Shown: positions 58,927 to 64,000 of the stretch, in pieces | Numbering within the stretch: position 1 is the first letter of the stretch | Layout: every line of letters starts with the position of its first letter | Assembly: GCA_963924565.1 (NCBI GenBank) | Contig: OZ004613.1 | Span: 6,324,001-6,388,000, forward strand | Length of the DNA stretch: 64,000 bases | Reading direction: 5' to 3' | Source of the DNA: Ascidiella aspersa | Taxonomy: Eukaryota | Made by a program: the position numbers and the translations under genes | The notes under the pieces: generated by a model | What the model saw: only the letters and a program-made list of their open reading frames with translations | Told to the model about the DNA's origin: nothing | Databases searched by the model: none

Positions 58927-61753
58927 GTTTAAGGTGTCGCCGTCTTCTTCTGATCCACTTGATGTTGAACGTTTTATAACATACGTGTTTAATACTTTAT
59001 CTGACTCCGCCCAAAACAACCGATTATTTTCAGAATGCTACAGTCAAAGTGGTAGCATGTAGTTAGACCGTGCTGGTACATTACGACAGATTTCACCGCT
59101 TTATAAGTGTTTTTTGTTGTCTGATAATTTTGGGTAGTAGATCAAACATGACAGCTTATACGGCCTATAGGCTAGAAGGCTGCATAGTTAAATTATACCC
59201 TACTTTAGGAAACCTAGGGCAAAGCACATGTTTTCGTAAAAGGCAATTACTAAGTTTTTAATTTTGTAGCAGCTTGCACCATGTGATCAAGTCAAACTCT
59301 GGCAATTCGGTGAACAGCCTGACCGGCTGTGTATTGCTCAAGCTCTCACTTTACTTGTCGCCGCGTGTAGTACATTTGTTCGTCGAATGCCCGATTGAAA
59401 TAGTTACTACTAACAACTGGCCGATGTAAGCTTAATAAGAACCAGCAAAAATCGTTAAAATCAGCGATTGTTTTTCAAGTTTGATTTATTGAAAGCACTA
59501 ATTTACCGTTTGTTTATACGTAATAAACATTTTTTCATTGTGGTCACCACCCACAATTTCATCCGTGCCTAGAGTTTGTGATCATGAAAAGCATTTATAT
59601 TTCCCTAAACTAAATCTAAATCCTAGAGCAGCGCTTCTTAAAAAATAAAACTATTTGGATATATATAAAACATATATAAATATTTTTTACTTTTCTATTC
59701 GACTTAACTCATTAATGCCACAGTACTTTCCAGTAATTCAACTATGAAGCCTATGTGCATCGACAAAATGCCAGCAATCAATTCAACAGAAATACCGCTA
59801 AACTAAAAACATAGATCTGCGTGGACTAAGTTTCTGCTTGCGCAGTTCAGCGAAGCGCTCATCTTTTTAAAGTTTGAATTGCCTATTTCAAGGATTTTTA
59901 CAGCCTAGGTCGTCGTGTAATGTTTTCACCCTTTGATGTGTCAACTGCCTAAGCACTGTGTGGATTCTAAATTTTCTGTTTGCGCACTACAGCAAAGTCA
60001 AGTCTCAAGTAAAAGTTCTCCAATTTAAAACCATATAAATGCATTTTTTTCGCTCGACGAAGTACACCATATGCTTGTTTGCTCTTTAGTAAGTTTTCTA
60101 TGATTGCTTTAATATGACGTATATATTGTGAGTTTGTTTATTAAATGATGTTATGTTCCTCAACCACAAAAAATGTGAATCCGCCCCTGCTTGCAACACG
60201 AAGTTCTTCTTTAAACTTGGTTTAAGCAGAGCCTAGCCTCATAGTGTTGCTTAAATGACAATCGTTTGTCTCACTGTACGGATGTCATGCTTTGTGTGAC
60301 CTTTTAAAGTGCACGGTTGCCATCAATGCTTGATTTATTATGATTATCGTTGTGGAAACGCACGCTAATGTACAGCACCACAGACAAAAGTACTTGGGGC
60401 TCACGGCACAAAACGCTTTTAATATACTTGTATTTAAAGTTATACTATCTGGTAACGGGGTTTAATTGGTGTTGTCCTAAAAACTGATGCGTTGGAGATA
60501 ATAGCTCTTTTTTGTTTCCGTACTGCGACAAACAATGGCCCGACTGCATTCAATAATGATTTTGTGGCCAACAAAGATTCACGCCAATTTTTTTTGTGAT
60601 TTCTTCTGCAACAATTCTGCAATATACACACCGATTAGGCTAGTTTTCATTGAAAATTTATTAGGCCTGCGATACATTACGTCACGTGATATCGATACGG
60701 GGGGAATTGTGTGGCACGAGTTTAGTTTGTTGAACTCCTGAATCCAATTTTGCGTGCGTTCACTCGTTAGCCAACCACAATCATTCTGGTGATTATAATT
60801 GTATTAGCTGATAAGCGAACAACCAGTTCAAACTATAGTTCGGCGACACCACTTGCAAATATGAAAGCTGTAAACAGTACAGTCGATAGCTCAGAAGAAG
60901 TTAGTTTTACCAGCGGATAGCGGCGGTCTTAAATAGCTAGAGAAAATCCCACTGCTGACCGCAGAGATAATGGCAGAACAGGCCATTTAGCATTTAACAC
61001 TTGGGTGTGAGTTAGCGATGCTTCGCATAGAATAATTCTCTCACATAAGCAAATACATCATAAAACTTACAGTAAACACAAAAGCTCTTAGTCGGTAATT
61101 ATTCATGCACTCTACAGTATAAACGCCAAAGATAAAAAAAAATCTTTGCCGTATTCCTATAAATCGATATATGAACGTTTTTTAATAGTTTAATTCGAAC
61201 CTTTTAAGATAAGCTCTTGCACGAGATACCAAATCTTGCTTGGTTAAAACTTGCTTGCTGCATGCAACGCAGTTTTCTAGATTTTTTACTTTCTCTATAA
61301 ATTAATGTCAAATGGATCTGTGAATGGAAATCAAACAACCGTTTCTGGTGACGACAACTATAGTAAAATATAAATTGTATGCGTTTTGAAAATTATAAAG
61401 AATTGCACGTGAATGAAATACATAGATGTGTTTTTTAATAATAGATATAACTTTAATACATACATGTGCATATTTTTAATTTGGATCATCCCATTCAAAG
61501 CCTTAAAAGATAACGATGAGTTTCTTATTAAGAGAACTTAAAATTAGGTGTCTATGAGTTGTCATAGTGAATGGAGTACACAGTGGTGCTTTGGTCGTTT
61601 TTCAACTTGTTCCTATCTGAGCCTGCGTAGGCTGTTGGAATATCTACCGCCTCAGTATGGTCAAGGTCATAAATCTTACCACCGACAATGCATTGTCAAA
61701 ACTTTGGTAAATCTTCCTCTTATTTTGGTAAATCTTCCTCTTATCAAGGGCTT

Positions 61754-62521
61754 TCACGCCATAAAACCTCCAGATATTTGTATTACGGCCCCATTGATGT
61801 AAGAGCTTTCATCGCTTGCAAGAAACAAGCAAGCATTTGCAATTTCAACAGGTTCCCCCAAGCGACCCATTGGAACCATTTTCTTTATGGCCTCGAGCCT
61901 TTCCGGAATAGCATGTTGCAGGAGAGGAGTATTACAAAAGCCAGGTGTAAGTGCATTGCACCTGACACCGAACCTTGCCACCTCAATGCACGTCGACTTA
62001 GTGAAAGCATTTATTCCAGCTTTAGAAGCAGCATAGGCAGCACCGTCTTGCAATCCGGTTTTGGCCATTAAACTGGAGATATTAATGATACTTGTCCCTG
62101 TTGCATCCTTATTGTCACTAAGCTCTAGTCGCTGAAGAAACTCTCTCGTAAATAGGAAGACGCTTTTAAGATTCACATCTATGATATTATTGAAGGAAGA
62201 CGTAGTTGCCTTTGTGATCGAAGTCAAAGCTCCTATTCCAGCGCAGTTGACGAGAACATTGCAATTCTGCCCAAACTGAGAGTGCGAACTTGAAAATGCC
62301 TCGGACGGTGACTTTTCTTCCGTTACATCGCACAGAATCATCGCCACTTTGCCTTTATACTTGGCATTCAAATTTCGGTAGGCAGATTCTAGATTTTCTT
62401 TGTGGCAATCCACCATCATGACTTTGGAACCTTCGGCCAGAAAGCGTTCGCAAATAGCTTGGCCGAGGCCCCCTGCGGCTCCAGTGACAATCGCCACTTT
62501 ACCGTGCAACCTACTCGTCAT
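61754..62521 (-). CDS. Classical SDR, HSD17B8/FabG-like, intact and intronless (copy D)
   Basis: TGAAGGLG, NCAG, SIINISS..YAASKAG, RCNALTPGFCNTP, FLASDESSYING. Confidence 0.9.
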   Translation of the reverse strand: MTSRLHGKVAIVTGAAGGLGQAICERFLAEGSKVMMVDCHKENLESAYRNLNAKYKGKVAMILCDVTEEKSPSEAFSSSHSQFGQNCNVLVNCAGIGALTSITKATTSSFNNIIDVNLKSVFLFTREFLQRLELSDNKDATGTSIINISSLMAKTGLQDGAAYAASKAGINAFTKSTCIEVARFGVRCNALTPGFCNTPLLQHAIPERLEAIKKMVPMGRLGEPVEIANACLFLASDESSYINGAVIQISGGFMA

Positions 62522-64000
62522 GCTTCCCTTTTGAACTATAGCCTATTCTGAAACGTTTAAAGTAAGACAGTTAAGGAGTAGTAGGCCTACGACAAGAAAC
62601 TGGTCATATAACATAAAGGTAGGCCTAATATTAGAAAAAATAAAGTTAGATTTATATATTACCAGATAAATTAAAATTATTTATTATTGCTGGCTTGAAA
62701 CTTTTTTGTTAGGTTGAGTTTATCAGAAATTAATTCGTTCCTTTTTTTGACATCACAAACCAGAACTTAATATAGATACACCCTCGGCACCTTTATATCT
62801 TTTTAATACCTAGATGTACGCACTGACCGCCTTTTTTCGCAGCTATTTTTTATCCTTTTTTCCTTTCTTTTTACGTTTTATCGCTTTTATTTTCACTTGA
62901 TTTTTATACTGATGATGGCATGAGTTATTGCTGAAACGTCTGTAAATTGCGAAATATCGTTTTTATCGAATATTATGGCTTTGATATTTTTATTGTAATC
63001 TGTTCTAATACTAAACTTCAGCATGTGAAGCAGAATGGCTGTAACCTGGCGTTTTCCTTTTACAAACTGTATATTATTATCCTTAACCACATCGTAGATG
63101 CTATCTAACAGTCGGACTTAAAGCGATAAATAGCCTTTTCTTCAATCCGGTCAACGGGTATTTCGTATGCTATACAACACCCATGTTGTTGTACTTTGTG
63201 GCGAAGCATATCAACATATTTAATATTTCAATTCACGTGCGCTAGCCTGGGGAAATGCGAGGCACGTCCGTGCAATGAACGATCGACTATGATAACCTTG
63301 CCTGTTCGAACCCAGTTAAAAGAGAAATGCAAAACACGCACTTGTCTGTTCGAGCACGTTTCTTTACGTAAGTTTGGTTTTGTGATGTATTGATCAACTG
63401 TTACGTTAAGGGTCATAGCCCTTTTAGCTGCAAATTTTAGGAGTTATCGTGTGAATTTTTTAACTAGTGATTTTATTATCACGATTGGTATATACCCTTA
63501 GTAAAGACTTTATCATTAAAGTACTTTTGCCGGTTATTGGAAAAACTCCAACATTAAACTTGAAGCCAAAACACCTCTAACGATTGGCATGCAGCCACAT
63601 TACGATAGGTGTTGTTGTAAACTAAAGACGTTGTGAAGAAAAAAGAAACCGACTGATTTTAAAGCGGCCATTTAAACTGTCCAAATTTAATCGAGTAGTA
63701 AAGGCCTAGCCCGACTGATATTGACTACAAGCGAAGGCTTTTTGAAGAGTATGCCTTGTAGTTTATATTCCGAATTTTGTTTAGAGGGAATGATAATATG
63801 GCTGAATATTAATATGTTTTTAAATATATTTTTGATGAACTTGTGTTTAATATATATTTAAAGCTAAAACAAGGACTGTGTAAAAAATCCAGCTTACTAG
63901 TGGCTCAACTGTTGCAGATATTGCTTTTTAAAAATCTCTTCGGGCCAAGTTCGCCCATGTGTGAAAATAGAACCGACTGCTTTCAAAGCGCCAAGTAACC

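Noticed and set aside
58930-61700. Short ORFs between SDR copies C and D
   Set aside because: No domain motifs or consistent exon chain could be read.

Overview
AT-rich animal genomic DNA with spliceosomal introns. Gene content, compactness and splice acceptors just ahead of start codons suggest an invertebrate chordate, probably an ascidian tunicate; this is an inference. From left to right: (1) the 5' 15 coding exons of a pentameric subgroup-B thrombospondin (minus strand, running off the left edge); (2) a 7-exon IRF transcription factor with a divergent DNA-binding domain and a polyQ linker; (3) a full-length but decayed PIF/Harbinger transposon with an internal hairpin; (4) a 6-exon TSPAN3-like tetraspanin; (5) an intron-poor block containing INTS6 (single coding exon), a KDM2 that lacks its PHD finger (2 exons), FBXO3 (2 exons) and four intronless HSD17B8-like SDR copies (2 intact, 2 pseudogenes). 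Many hAT-, Harbinger- and Merlin-like MITEs and a tRNA-derived SINE fragment are scattered through the window. The most striking unexplained feature lies between INTS6 and KDM2. It is a diverged ~1.9-kb non-coding tandem duplication whose conserved blocks form the same local and long-range helices in both copies, with G-U and compensatory changes that favour the plus strand. This makes it a candidate pair of large structured ncRNA genes of unknown family.
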